Position numbers and translations under genes: made by a program
Shown: piece after piece, positions 8,540 to 18,301 of the stretch
Position numbering within the stretch: the stretch's first letter is position 1
Layout: every line of letters starts with the position of its first letter
Notes under the pieces: generated by a model
Seen by the model: the letters and a program-made list of their open reading frames with translations, nothing else
Database searches by the model: none
What the model was told of the DNA's origin: nothing
Source: Candidatus Bathyarchaeota archaeon
GTDB lineage: Archaea > Thermoproteota > Bathyarchaeia > Bathyarchaeales > Bathycorpusculaceae
Direction of reading: 5' to 3'
DNA length: 64,000 nucleotides
Assembly: GCA_963832745.1 (NCBI GenBank)
Contig: CAWHVC010000005.1
Span: forward strand, 320,001-384,000

Positions 8540-10393
8540 ATGAAAAATAGAACAGCAGCCTTGAGTTTGATCGCCATATTTTTAGTTGCAACCTTAACTG
8601 GAATACTCACGTTTAACGATGCATCAGCCAATTTTATTCCTGAACAGCAGCCTGAAGGCATACAAATCGGAGGCGGCAGCATCAAGGGTACAGATTTAAT
8701 CCAAAAAGTTAGTGATAACAGTTTCCTCTTGACTGGCGACATTGACCAAACAATCGTGATTATGGGAGACAACATAGTTCTTGATGGGAACGGGTACACT
8801 CTTAAGGGAAACGGGACTGGAACAGGCGTGTTTCTGCAAGCAAAAACAGGCGTCACAATTAAAAACCTCAAAATTTCAGGGTTTGAATACGGCGTTAGAT
8901 CGACTTGGTACTTTTACGGGTCAGACGCCAACCTTAATGGCAACACCGTTTCAAACTGCACATTCACCGGTAACACGGACGGCATCTACATAGGCGATTT
9001 CTCATCAGGCAACAAGTTAACAGGTAACTCCTTATCGAGGAACACTTACGGGATTTACTTAGCTGCCTGCTCCAACAGTTACTTACGCGACAACCACATG
9101 ACCAGCAACGATTTCAACTTTTTTGTCGCCAGCGGCACAATCGCAAACAGCATAAACGACATTGACGAATCCAACACGGTAAACGAGAAACCCATAATTT
9201 ACTGGCAAAACAAGCAAAACCAAACCGTCCCCGCAAATGCAGGATACATCGCGCTTGTTAACTGCACAAAAATGACTATTCAAGACATGGATTTGTCAAA
9301 TAACGGTCAAGCATTACTGCTTTCAGGCGTAACAGACTCCACCATCAAAAACAACAAGATATCTCAAAACCATAACGGCATCTGGCTTGTCGAGTCAGAA
9401 AATAACTGTATAGAACAAAACACTTTTTCAGACAACAGATACTACGCATTGTATGTTTCTAATTCTAACGGAAACACTGTGGTTTCAAACCGTTTTACAG
9501 GTAACGGATTAAAAGGCACGTCTCACGAGCAAGCCTTAGGCAGCACGGGAAAAGCAGCCTTGTACCTTATAACAAGTCACAACAATCAAATAGAAAACAA
9601 TCAAATATCCGGAAACGGCGAAGGCATAAGCATTCAAGCTTCAAACCAGAACACCGTAAAAAGCAACATTTTAGAAAACAATGATGGTTCAACAATTATC
9701 CTGTTTGATTGTGTAAACGATATAATAACAGCCAACACCATCAAAGCTAACAATGGTCCTGGAGTTAAACTGTGGTCAACCAAACAAACAAACGTTTACA
9801 ACAACGACGTTACGGGCAACAGTTTAGGCATACTGCTTGACGGAGCCCAAGAAAACAACATCCACCATAACAATATAGCAGACAACACAGGTTTTGGAAT
9901 GCAACTTAAAAGCGCATCCTTCTACTCAGGAGCCAGCACCAATAACACAATCACCCAGAACAAGTTTATTGATAACCAACCAGACGGCTTAGACGTTTCA
10001 ATACCGGGTACATATGATTGGACACGTATAGAGCCGCAGTATGAAATGGTTCCAGGCCCCGGCAACACTTGGGAAGGCAACTATTGGAGCGATTACCAGA
10101 CACGGTATCCTAATGCCACCGAAATCGGAAACACTGGAGCAGGCGACACACCCTACGTAATCAACGAAAACAACATTGACTATAAACCACAATTTTCGCC
10201 AAGCCAAATCTCAACCTCAACCCCACCGCCGCAAAACATGCAAACACCCGAGGCAACACAAACAATAGATACACAACAAACCCGTTTAGATGCAGATTCA
10301 CCATTAAACCCGCAGTTAATAGTAATAATTGCTGTAGCAAGTGTTATTGCAATTACAGGGTTGCTGATTTACTTCAGGAAGAAAAAAGCATAA
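8540..10393 (+). CDS. exported NosD/CASH parallel beta-helix protein with C-terminal membrane anchor
   Basis: signal peptide MKNRTAALSLIAIFL; N..GI.L repeats; GNYWSDY and GDTPY; P/T-rich linker, TM and RKKK tail. Confidence 0.85.
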   Translation: MKNRTAALSLIAIFLVATLTGILTFNDASANFIPEQQPEGIQIGGGSIKGTDLIQKVSDNSFLLTGDIDQTIVIMGDNIVLDGNGYTLKGNGTGTGVFLQAKTGVTIKNLKISGFEYGVRSTWYFYGSDANLNGNTVSNCTFTGNTDGIYIGDFSSGNKLTGNSLSRNTYGIYLAACSNSYLRDNHMTSNDFNFFVASGTIANSINDIDESNTVNEKPIIYWQNKQNQTVPANAGYIALVNCTKMTIQDMDLSNNGQALLLSGVTDSTIKNNKISQNHNGIWLVESENNCIEQNTFSDNRYYALYVSNSNGNTVVSNRFTGNGLKGTSHEQALGSTGKAALYLITSHNNQIENNQISGNGEGISIQASNQNTVKSNILENNDGSTIILFDCVNDIITANTIKANNGPGVKLWSTKQTNVYNNDVTGNSLGILLDGAQENNIHHNNIADNTGFGMQLKSASFYSGASTNNTITQNKFIDNQPDGLDVSIPGTYDWTRIEPQYEMVPGPGNTWEGNYWSDYQTRYPNATEIGNTGAGDTPYVINENNIDYKPQFSPSQISTSTPPPQNMQTPEATQTIDTQQTRLDADSPLNPQLIVIIAVASVIAITGLLIYFRKKKA

Positions 10394-10409
10394 CACTAAA
10401 TGCGATTGT

Positions 10410-11360
10410 TTAAGGCCGATACCCACTAAGCGTGCAGAGCGCTAAGGTTGCGGCGGTTATGTCTGCAGTGGTTCCCGGGTTGTAATGGTTTCCGGCTTCT
10501 CGTAGGCTGCGGTCGAATTCGGCTAAAGCTGCCTTGCCCTCTTCGGTTGCTGCGCCGCCCATCGCTAAGACTTTTTTTGCCTGCTCCGAGACTTCTTTGG
10601 CTTTTTCTATTCCCGCTTTTCGGGCAATAAACGTGTCTGGATGCTCAGAAAGGATTTTAAGGAAAGCGTTGACTATGGCGGTGTTTTCGCCAACTTTTGC
10701 TAGTTGCTCCGTCATGTACGGATAAGCCAAACGGAAGGTTATGGGGTAGTTACGTATCCATTCGCTACAGATGTCGTCATAATCTTTGGCTATGTCGAAC
10801 ACTTTGTAAAGGGTGACGTTTTCTTTGATTAGTCGCTGTTTTGAGTTGGGGTCGCTGACGCTTAAGTCGGGTGCCTTGTTTAATCCGCTGGGCATGGCGA
10901 TGTCGATTGCTTCATAAAGGTTAACGGAGTCCATGGCTGTTGTAGCTCGAATTACGGCTTCAATGTTCTTGCGTAAAAACGTGAAATCCATACGGAAATT
11001 TTCGCCGGTGGGAGTCATACCTGCCGCAACTGCGATTGGTGCAAACAACATAACGGTGCCTAAAATCGTGTTGCCGCCATGTTGCCAAGCCATGATGTCT
11101 TTCACGCCAAACTTGATAAGCTCACCTAACCCTGCCTCGCTGATTGGACGCTCGCCTTTGGCTATTTGGATGCCCCTCTCTGCAGCTTCTTGGAACGATG
11201 GCCCAGCAGCTACTGCTGAAGCTAGAAAATGCTCAACATGAGTGCCTTCAAAGTGGGCTGTAAAGTTGACGTTGCCGGGTTTGTCGGCGCTGACTTCAAG
11301 CACTATCGCCAGTTGCAAGCATCGGCTAATGTACTGGGCTTTTTCAGAGTTAGAAGCCAT
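10410..11360 (-). CDS. citG: archaeal CitG-family triphosphoribosyl-dephospho-CoA synthase homolog
   Basis: LEVSADKPGNV, NTILG, DTFIARKAG, NPGTTAD motifs. Confidence 0.88.
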   Translation of the reverse strand: MASNSEKAQYISRCLQLAIVLEVSADKPGNVNFTAHFEGTHVEHFLASAVAAGPSFQEAAERGIQIAKGERPISEAGLGELIKFGVKDIMAWQHGGNTILGTVMLFAPIAVAAGMTPTGENFRMDFTFLRKNIEAVIRATTAMDSVNLYEAIDIAMPSGLNKAPDLSVSDPNSKQRLIKENVTLYKVFDIAKDYDDICSEWIRNYPITFRLAYPYMTEQLAKVGENTAIVNAFLKILSEHPDTFIARKAGIEKAKEVSEQAKKVLAMGGAATEEGKAALAEFDRSLREAGNHYNPGTTADITAATLALCTLSGYRP

Positions 11361-11442
11361 TATTATCACGGGTATTTTGAAAGCCTACGAATTGTTTAAA
11401 CGTTATTGTAAGTCAACAAACAATAATTAAGAGGCATAAAGT

Positions 11443-12462
11443 ATGCTGGCACGTGAAGGCGACTTAATCAAGCATAAAAGCAACGTAATTTTTGACGTTA
11501 AAGGCTTAGTTCATCCTGAAGGCAAAATTATAGCATTCCCCCGTTACATTCCCGACCCAAAAGGTCCACGCCACACTGAAGACGTCAGTTACGGCAAAGT
11601 CTACAGCCTCGCAGAACGATTCAAGTTCCTAACAGAAAACCTGCCACACCTAATCATTTTTGATGAAGTCTTAGGCGAAACCATGTGCGAAGTCCCCATT
11701 AACGAAATAATCCAGCATTTTCAGCCGCAAGAAAAACTTGCAGCCCTCCGCACGGGAAAGCCTCAGAACATTTTTGAAACAAAAGCCCTTCAACTTGCCA
11801 CAGACCTCCAACAGGAAGCAGACATTCCATGGAGCGCCATTGGAATTTCAGGGTCAATCCTTGCAGGCTTAACCACCACAACCTCCGATATTGACCCCTT
11901 AGTTTATGGGGAAGAAAACTGCCGAAAAGCTTATGCTGCCATGCAACGCATGCTCAAAAATGGGCACACAAACTTCAAACCTTACACCACCGAGGAACTA
12001 AAAACCCTCTACGATTTTCGTTCAAAAGACACCCACATGAGCTTTGAAGACTTTCAACTCGTTGAGAACCGTAAAGCCTTCCAAGGCATGTACCAAGGTA
12101 CTGACTATTTTGTGCGTTTCGTCAAAGAATGGCCTGAACTACATGAGCAGTATGGCGACGTCTACTACAGCAACGCGGGTTACACAAAAATCACTGCAGA
12201 AGTCAGCGACAAAACCGAGGCACTATTCACGCCCTGCACGTATCAACTGGAAAAGGTCAAAATTGTTAGTGGGCCAAAACTGTCGCCCGTCAAAGAAGTG
12301 TCGTCTTTCCGTGGCAGATTCTGTGAGCAAGCCGAAAAAGGCGAAACAATCACAGCCCAAGGAAAAGTGGAACTGGTGACAAATAAAAAGAGCAGTAGCA
12401 GGTATTATCGTTTGATACTTGGCGGCAAACCTGACGATTACATGGTGCTCGGCGCGGTTTAA
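11443..12462 (+). CDS. pol-beta-superfamily nucleotidyltransferase (COG1665-like), paralog 1
   Basis: GISGSIL...SDIDPLVYG; N-terminal REGD..FDVKGLVHP; OB-like C-terminus GETITAQGKVE. Confidence 0.8.
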   Translation: MLAREGDLIKHKSNVIFDVKGLVHPEGKIIAFPRYIPDPKGPRHTEDVSYGKVYSLAERFKFLTENLPHLIIFDEVLGETMCEVPINEIIQHFQPQEKLAALRTGKPQNIFETKALQLATDLQQEADIPWSAIGISGSILAGLTTTTSDIDPLVYGEENCRKAYAAMQRMLKNGHTNFKPYTTEELKTLYDFRSKDTHMSFEDFQLVENRKAFQGMYQGTDYFVRFVKEWPELHEQYGDVYYSNAGYTKITAEVSDKTEALFTPCTYQLEKVKIVSGPKLSPVKEVSSFRGRFCEQAEKGETITAQGKVELVTNKKSSSRYYRLILGGKPDDYMVLGAV

Positions 12463-13544
12463 TGCAGTGCTTTTAGTACTTGGTCGTAGTAGCGTGGGCA
12501 GTAGGTTAGGGTGATTTGGTAGAAGCAGTTGTCTGGGTTGGGTGATTGGACTTCTTCAAGGTTACCTTCGACAATGATTGTTTCGTCCTTGCGTACTTGT
12601 TGACGGAACTCTTCCATATAAGAGAACACTCGCGTGACTTCTTCTGCACCGCTTGGCCCCTCCAACACTTCCAGTGGCTCGATACCGTAGACTGAAGGAA
12701 TAAATGGTCCATCATCGTCGCTGGTGACGCGTGCTTTGATTTTTGCCCAACCCCGCTTGGTAATACAGCGTCTTGAATCATACTCGTTTATGACTTCGTC
12801 CCAAGCTTTGACCGGTTCAAACTCGGCTTTGATTATTCTGCCGCTATGCTTGCGGTCGTCATATAAGCCGTAGATTTGTTTGCGGCGTTGATGCCAAATA
12901 AAGTCTTTAACGTCAAAATTGGTGAAAAGCCACCGTTTGCCATCCATAACGTGGTCGGAGGAGAATTCGTTGCTTAACCCCGAAGATGGGTCAGCGTAAA
13001 GGTCCTCGAGAGTTTGACACATTTTGGCGTTTTGTTTTTTGCCGTAAATTGTAAAGTCTATGTCGGAGTATTTTGGGTGATGGAAACCATGAAGCATGGA
13101 ACCAAAAACACCGAAATCGGATGTTTGCAGTCCTGAGTTGTCGGTGGCGATTTTAAGTGTGCGTTCCATTGCAGCGAGCAACTCGTCGGTTGGACCTTGC
13201 TTTAGCAACTCAGCCAGTCGTTTCTGTGGTTCATGAACTTCCATGATGTCCTTGTCTTTAACGCCAACTAGTTCGACACCGAGCATTTCGTGGAAAACAA
13301 GGTATTTTGGGTATTTTTTGGCGACAAGCTTCATGCCTTCATCATTATAGAATTTGTAGAAAAGCTCGTTTCTGCCTTCACGGGGCGCTCGGGGGTCGTT
13401 TGATTGGAAAATTTTTGAGGAAGCGTATTCTGCATCGCAAAAATACGCGTTAGGCGGGTGAGAGTAACCGAAAACGCGGAAGAGCAAGCCTTCCTCGGTT
13501 AAGATGCTGTCGCGGTCACGCAGTTTTAAACTGTTGTCGGCCAA
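12459..13544 (-). CDS. pol-beta-superfamily nucleotidyltransferase (COG1665-like), paralog 2
   Basis: GVFGSML...SDIDFTIYG; [13 protein letters not shown]; [10 protein letters not shown]. Confidence 0.8.
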   Translation of the reverse strand: MADNSLKLRDRDSILTEEGLLFRVFGYSHPPNAYFCDAEYASSKIFQSNDPRAPREGRNELFYKFYNDEGMKLVAKKYPKYLVFHEMLGVELVGVKDKDIMEVHEPQKRLAELLKQGPTDELLAAMERTLKIATDNSGLQTSDFGVFGSMLHGFHHPKYSDIDFTIYGKKQNAKMCQTLEDLYADPSSGLSNEFSSDHVMDGKRWLFTNFDVKDFIWHQRRKQIYGLYDDRKHSGRIIKAEFEPVKAWDEVINEYDSRRCITKRGWAKIKARVTSDDDGPFIPSVYGIEPLEVLEGPSGAEEVTRVFSYMEEFRQQVRKDETIIVEGNLEEVQSPNPDNCFYQITLTYCPRYYDQVLKALH

Positions 13545-14557
13545 ATGTACTCTTCCTCCGACGTTGCAGTGCCTACGACTACTTGATAGAAGACTTCGTC
13601 GCTTGTGGTGGATTCGACTCTTTCAAGTTTGCCTGCGACTTTTATTTCGCTGCCCTGCTTGGCTATGTTGCGGTAGCAGCCAATGTTTGAAACTACTTGA
13701 ACAGGAATTTTGTCGATTGGCAGTTCGGATTCGGGGTCTTGGGGTTTGTAGCCGCTGATTTTGTAGGTTGCGGGTCGGTACATTGTTTCGCGGTCGCTGC
13801 AGATTGTGGCTTGGAACCGTATTGGGTCAAGAGGCGTATACTTGTATTGACCAAACTTTGTTTTAACCTCGTCGAATTGGCGGGTGGCGTTGTACATGTA
13901 AATTTTGCCTTGATAGCGGCCTTGGAATTTGCGGGCAGCATCCAACCTGTTACCAACAATATAGGTTAATTTGGCGGCGTTAACAAGCCTTTCAACGGCG
14001 GATTCTACCCTGCGGAAATTGTCTGTACCGTAGACGACAAAGTCAATGTCTGAGTGTGGCGCATGCATGTTAAGCGCCAAGGAACCGTGCAAACCCATAT
14101 CGGACAATTCGACGCCTGATTCTTTACTTATTAAAGTGATTAATTCTAAAGCCTTGGCCTGCAAATCATCAAGTTTAGGTAAACTTTGAAGCCAAACAAG
14201 ACGGTCTCGGGGCACAAAAACTTCTTCGATGCGGTTAAGCGGCGCTGTTATGAGTTCTTTGCCGCGATTCTCATCATAATAGAGGTAGTCTGGGAAGTTT
14301 TTGCGGAAGGCTTCAATGAAGGTTTGGTAGTTTTTGGCTGTGTAGAGTTTTTCGGCGCGGAACAGTTCGTTTTTGCCGTAGTGCCAGGTGCGTTCAAGCA
14401 TTTCAACGTTGAACATGTCCTTGTATTTGGCGGGGATGTATTTGAGAAATGCAAACACGCGGTCGCCGGGGTGCTCGTACCCAAACGTGTTCATGATGAA
14501 GCCGTCGGTGGTGACAAAAGTGTCGCCGTCCATCGGAACCCAATTCTTGACTACCAT
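13526..14557 (-). CDS. pol-beta-superfamily nucleotidyltransferase (COG1665-like), paralog 3
   Basis: GLHGSLA...SDIDFVVYG; [13 protein letters not shown]; [11 protein letters not shown]. Confidence 0.8.
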   Translation of the reverse strand: MVVKNWVPMDGDTFVTTDGFIMNTFGYEHPGDRVFAFLKYIPAKYKDMFNVEMLERTWHYGKNELFRAEKLYTAKNYQTFIEAFRKNFPDYLYYDENRGKELITAPLNRIEEVFVPRDRLVWLQSLPKLDDLQAKALELITLISKESGVELSDMGLHGSLALNMHAPHSDIDFVVYGTDNFRRVESAVERLVNAAKLTYIVGNRLDAARKFQGRYQGKIYMYNATRQFDEVKTKFGQYKYTPLDPIRFQATICSDRETMYRPATYKISGYKPQDPESELPIDKIPVQVVSNIGCYRNIAKQGSEIKVAGKLERVESTTSDEVFYQVVVGTATSEEEYIWPTTV

Positions 14558-14724
14558 AAATAATACACGCGTTTAATCAAGGAATTAAAAGATTAAAAAA
14601 GATATTGCAGAAAACCTCAGCCTTGTAATACTAGATGTAGGCTGCTTAATGTTAACATAAGGCTTTTAGGGTTAAGAGACAGAACAGTTGGTAAGCTAAC
14701 AACCAGATTTTTGGATGTAGAAAC

Positions 14725-15714
14725 ATGCGAATACTGATTACTGGAGCCTTTGGAAATGTTGGAAAAACAGTTTTAGAAGAAGCAAGCAGGCGGGCTCATG
14801 AAGTAATAGTATTTGAGGTTGAAAACAAAAAAACCCGTAAAGACGCAAAGAAATTCCGCAGAAAAGTGAAAAAAGTTGTTTTTGGTGACATACGAAACTT
14901 TGACAACGTTAAAGCTGCAGTTCAAGAATGTGACGCGGTAATTCATTTGGCAGCCATCATTCCGCCGTTGTCAAAGAAACTCCGGGAATTAACTATGGAT
15001 GTTAATTACGGAGGCACTGTAAACCTCATAAACGCCATCAAAGAAACCAAACGAAACGTCCCCTTTGTTTTTACTTCTTCAGCAAGCGTGATGGGACCAA
15101 CACAACTCCAAAACTGTCTCGTTAACCGTAACGACCCATTAGTTGTAACTGGAAACTATGAAGAATCAAAAATTAAATGTGAAGAGTTCCTCAAGGAAAA
15201 CGCCGACAACTACCTAATTTTCAGGTTAGCGGGCGTACTTCCACAGTTTTCAGCAACATCATTTGCAGGCTCTTTTTCTTTGTTGGAAGAGCTTTTTGAT
15301 ATGCATCCTGATATGAGGCTTGAAATGGTAATGGCACAAGACATTGCAACCGCTTTGGTTAGAGGAGTTGAAAAACTGCAGGATGGGTCTACGCCAAAAA
15401 ATCAAGCGTACATTTTGGGTGGAGGAGAAAAGAATGGTTGGCAGTTTAGGGGAGGTGAATTTTTGGCTCGCCTGTTTGGGGCTTTGTCGCTTCCTGTGCC
15501 TGACAAAAAATACTTTACGTCAGACATTAACACGTACCATTTAGACTGGTACGATACAACCGAGGCACAGCAGGAATTTTGTTATCAGAATCGCTGTTTT
15601 GAGGATTACTTGAAGAATGTTAAGAAAACGTTTAGGCTTTTCAAAGTGCCGATTATAATTTTTAGGAGATTCATTGTTAAGAGGCTTGTGAAGATGTCGC
15701 CTTACGTTAGGTAA
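14725..15714 (+). CDS. NAD-dependent epimerase/dehydratase (extended SDR)
   Basis: ITGAFGNVG, IHLAA, YEESK (YxxxK). Confidence 0.88.
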   Translation: MRILITGAFGNVGKTVLEEASRRAHEVIVFEVENKKTRKDAKKFRRKVKKVVFGDIRNFDNVKAAVQECDAVIHLAAIIPPLSKKLRELTMDVNYGGTVNLINAIKETKRNVPFVFTSSASVMGPTQLQNCLVNRNDPLVVTGNYEESKIKCEEFLKENADNYLIFRLAGVLPQFSATSFAGSFSLLEELFDMHPDMRLEMVMAQDIATALVRGVEKLQDGSTPKNQAYILGGGEKNGWQFRGGEFLARLFGALSLPVPDKKYFTSDINTYHLDWYDTTEAQQEFCYQNRCFEDYLKNVKKTFRLFKVPIIIFRRFIVKRLVKMSPYVR

Positions 15715-15715
15715 C

Positions 15716-15737
15716 TTTGACTAAATTGTTAGTCAAA
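15716..15737. promoter_or_regulatory. perfect palindromic operator TTTGACTAA-N4-TTAGTCAAA
   Basis: 9-bp perfect arms, abutting an A-run and weak TATA upstream of 15786. Confidence 0.75.
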
Positions 15738-15785
15738 AAATCTCAAATACTTTGACAGACCAATAGCTATTGAGGAAAAAATTGT

Positions 15786-16658
15786 ATGTTTAAGCCTTCT
15801 TCAGCTGTTCCAAACGATTCCCCAGAGCCTTGGACGCCTCAACCTGCAGGCAACGGTTCTAAGCGACGTTTTGGCAAGAAGCTTTACGCTGTAGCCGCAG
15901 CAATACTTGTTATAGTTATTGTCTGTGCTGTTTTGTTTTCTAACTTTTCTGTTGCAACTGTTCCTTTGAGCTTGAATTATGAGGTTGGGGAAAGGATGGT
16001 TTATTATTCTTCATATTCAACTCTTGTTGATGTTGATAATCGAACCCTCAATGTTCCCGGCAGTTACACCACTGAAGGCAACTCTACACTTGCAATTGAC
16101 GTGTTAAGCTTAGATGAAGACACATACACCATATGCCAAACGTTCAACTTGGATATTCTAGGCGTCCCCCGCTCAGTCAACTTGACTCAACAATTAACAA
16201 AAGCAGACTACGTCAACAACTTTTTAATCGGCGATGCGGCACGACTTCTCTATAACCTGACAGGCGACCATTACGACTACTATAAACTTAACTTGTTACA
16301 GGCAAAAATTGGCGACACCCTACAAATCCCAGTTAACACGGGCAACGAAAGCATAGGAAACACTGGCTCACTCACCATCAAGTTTGCCAGCATAGAAGAA
16401 ATCACAGTTCCAGCAGGCACCTTCAAAGTTTTCCGTTTAGACTACAACGCAGAAGTTACAGCTCACGCTAACCTGCCTGGCATTATAAGCATTCCAGAAC
16501 CTATTCCAAGCCAAATAACTGGACAAACCTACCTTGAATACGGAACCTGCCGACTCATCAAATCCGCCGTAACAGAAACCAGCCAAATCTCAGGCACACA
16601 AAGCCGCAACTCCACGTACACGTCAGAAAGAGTTCTAATAAACCTCATCAAACCGTAA
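15786..16658 (+). CDS. membrane-anchored exported protein
   Basis: N-terminal basic stretch plus TM; E.ITVPAGTF beta motif typical of secreted beta-rich proteins. Confidence 0.7.
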   Translation: MFKPSSAVPNDSPEPWTPQPAGNGSKRRFGKKLYAVAAAILVIVIVCAVLFSNFSVATVPLSLNYEVGERMVYYSSYSTLVDVDNRTLNVPGSYTTEGNSTLAIDVLSLDEDTYTICQTFNLDILGVPRSVNLTQQLTKADYVNNFLIGDAARLLYNLTGDHYDYYKLNLLQAKIGDTLQIPVNTGNESIGNTGSLTIKFASIEEITVPAGTFKVFRLDYNAEVTAHANLPGIISIPEPIPSQITGQTYLEYGTCRLIKSAVTETSQISGTQSRNSTYTSERVLINLIKP

Positions 16659-16675
16659 CACACCCCTTTTTTAGA

Positions 16676-16697
16676 TTTGACTAATTTGGTAGTCAAA
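16676..16697. promoter_or_regulatory. operator copy TTTGACTAA-N4-GTAGTCAAA
   Basis: near-identical to the 15716 site; upstream of 16733. Confidence 0.75.
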
Positions 16698-16732
16698 AAA
16701 CCCTAAAAACAAAAGCCACACAAATAACAAGT

Positions 16733-17488
16733 ATGAGCACTGCAATAGCGGGTCTTCACAAGATACTCAAAGACGAAACCCGCCGCAAAATCATTCTACT
16801 CCTAAACGACAAAGACACCTTAACGTACACTGAACTGCTAGAAGCAACAAAAGCAGGCAGCACTGGACGCCTCAACTACCACCTAAAAATCCTCAGCGAC
16901 CTCCTAACCAAAAACGAAGCTGGACAATACTTGCTCTCGGAGAAAGGCAAAGTCGCGGTGAAACTTATCACCGAGTTCCCACAAGACAGCAACCAAGCAG
17001 CAAAATACCGAAACCAAAAACTTTTGCTTGCCATCGTAGCAGTTGGACAACTTGCATACCTCGCAATTATTTTGGCGTTTTACTTTGCAGGCCAGCTGGA
17101 GCTTTACAGGTTGGCTACAGGCATCAGCACTTTTGCGGTAGGTACAGTTTTCCTGTTTATTATTTACCGCGTTCAAAGGTCAGCGTCTTTACCGGGTGCA
17201 AATGAAGAGACGATTCAGATGAGGTTTGCTTACGTTTGCGGTGGTGTAAGCTTGTTTTTGGGGGTTGCGTTCTTTGGGGTCGGCGTGGTTTTCCGGGTTA
17301 TTTCTGACCTGTCAGGCGTACGCTTCTCAACGGGGAACCCTTTGTATGAAATCCTGTGGAACCCAGTGTACATGACGTTTTCGATGCTGATTGCGCCTAC
17401 CATCGGGGGAATCCTGTTTTACTATTTAGGCAAACACAAAGGATTCAAACGCCCAAAATGGGCTGTTTGGGTAAGAAGACACTTCTGA
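16733..17488 (+). CDS. ArsR-like winged-HTH fused to about 4 TM helices, paralog A
   Basis: LKDETRRKIILLL...LTYTEL...STGRLNYHLKIL..LL.KNEAGQY.LSEKG, then hydrophobic helices. Confidence 0.85.
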   Translation: MSTAIAGLHKILKDETRRKIILLLNDKDTLTYTELLEATKAGSTGRLNYHLKILSDLLTKNEAGQYLLSEKGKVAVKLITEFPQDSNQAAKYRNQKLLLAIVAVGQLAYLAIILAFYFAGQLELYRLATGISTFAVGTVFLFIIYRVQRSASLPGANEETIQMRFAYVCGGVSLFLGVAFFGVGVVFRVISDLSGVRFSTGNPLYEILWNPVYMTFSMLIAPTIGGILFYYLGKHKGFKRPKWAVWVRRHF

Positions 17489-17502
17489 ATAAAAGGAAGT
17501 TG

Positions 17503-17524
17503 TGTGACTAAGTTTTTCGTCAAA
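17503..17524. promoter_or_regulatory. operator copy TGTGACTAA-N4-TTCGTCAAA
   Basis: degenerate copy of the 15716 site in the same position relative to the A-run/TATA upstream of 17558. Confidence 0.65.
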
Positions 17525-17557
17525 AAAAGCTAAATCTAAAAACCCCTAACTAAATGT

Positions 17558-18301
17558 ATGAGCTTTACTATTGACTCCCTGCACAAAATCTTGAAAGATC
17601 AAAACAGAAGCAAAATAATCCTGTTGCTTTCAGAAAATGGCAGTCTAAGCTACAGCAGCCTCATGGACACTTTAGGCTTAAGCAGCACAGGAACGCTAAA
17701 TTATCACCTCAAAATTTTAGGCGACCTGCTAACTAAAAACGAGGCGGGACAGTATGTTCTTTCCGAGAAAGGCAAGCTTGCTGCCAAGATTTTGACCGAA
17801 TTCCCAAATGAAAATGATAAGATGCAAAAGCGCAAAAAACAAAAAAAGTTCTGGACCGTTGCGGCTTTAAGTCAAATTGTCTATTTGTTAGTTGTTTTAG
17901 CGCTTTATTATTTCCACTCTATTGATTTTAGCAGATTAATTATGTCCGCAATAATGTTTGTCGGAAGCATAGGCTTAGCCTATTTGGGTTACACGATGCC
18001 TGACAGAACACCCGAACCGGGCTCTGAAGCGGAAAGAAGAAAATTCAAAAAATTTTACCCAATAGTAGGTGGCTTTGTAGGTTTTGCATCAGCATTTTTT
18101 GGCACCATGTTTGTAACTTTGATTTCCGTGAGGCTGGGTGGACCGAACTTTATGAAAATAATTGATGAACCATTTGAGATTATTGCACTTATTGGAAGCT
18201 TAACAATTGTTGGAACATTATTAGGGTACATTATTGGAAAACGCAACAATTTTGAGAAGCCAAAATGGATAACAAAAACAGATGAAAAATTTGGGTTTTA
18301 A
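17558..18301 (+). CDS. ArsR-like winged-HTH fused to about 4 TM helices, paralog B
   Basis: wHTH highly similar to 16733 (LNYHLKILGDLLTKNEAGQYVLSEKGK); divergent TM region; shared PKW tail. Confidence 0.85.
   Translation: MSFTIDSLHKILKDQNRSKIILLLSENGSLSYSSLMDTLGLSSTGTLNYHLKILGDLLTKNEAGQYVLSEKGKLAAKILTEFPNENDKMQKRKKQKKFWTVAALSQIVYLLVVLALYYFHSIDFSRLIMSAIMFVGSIGLAYLGYTMPDRTPEPGSEAERRKFKKFYPIVGGFVGFASAFFGTMFVTLISVRLGGPNFMKIIDEPFEIIALIGSLTIVGTLLGYIIGKRNNFEKPKWITKTDEKFGF

Noticed and set aside
11443-14557. Nucleotidyltransferases as CBASS/MNT-HEPN defence
   Set aside because: No effector, HEPN or Cap genes are adjacent, and the architecture and composition look housekeeping; not fully excluded.
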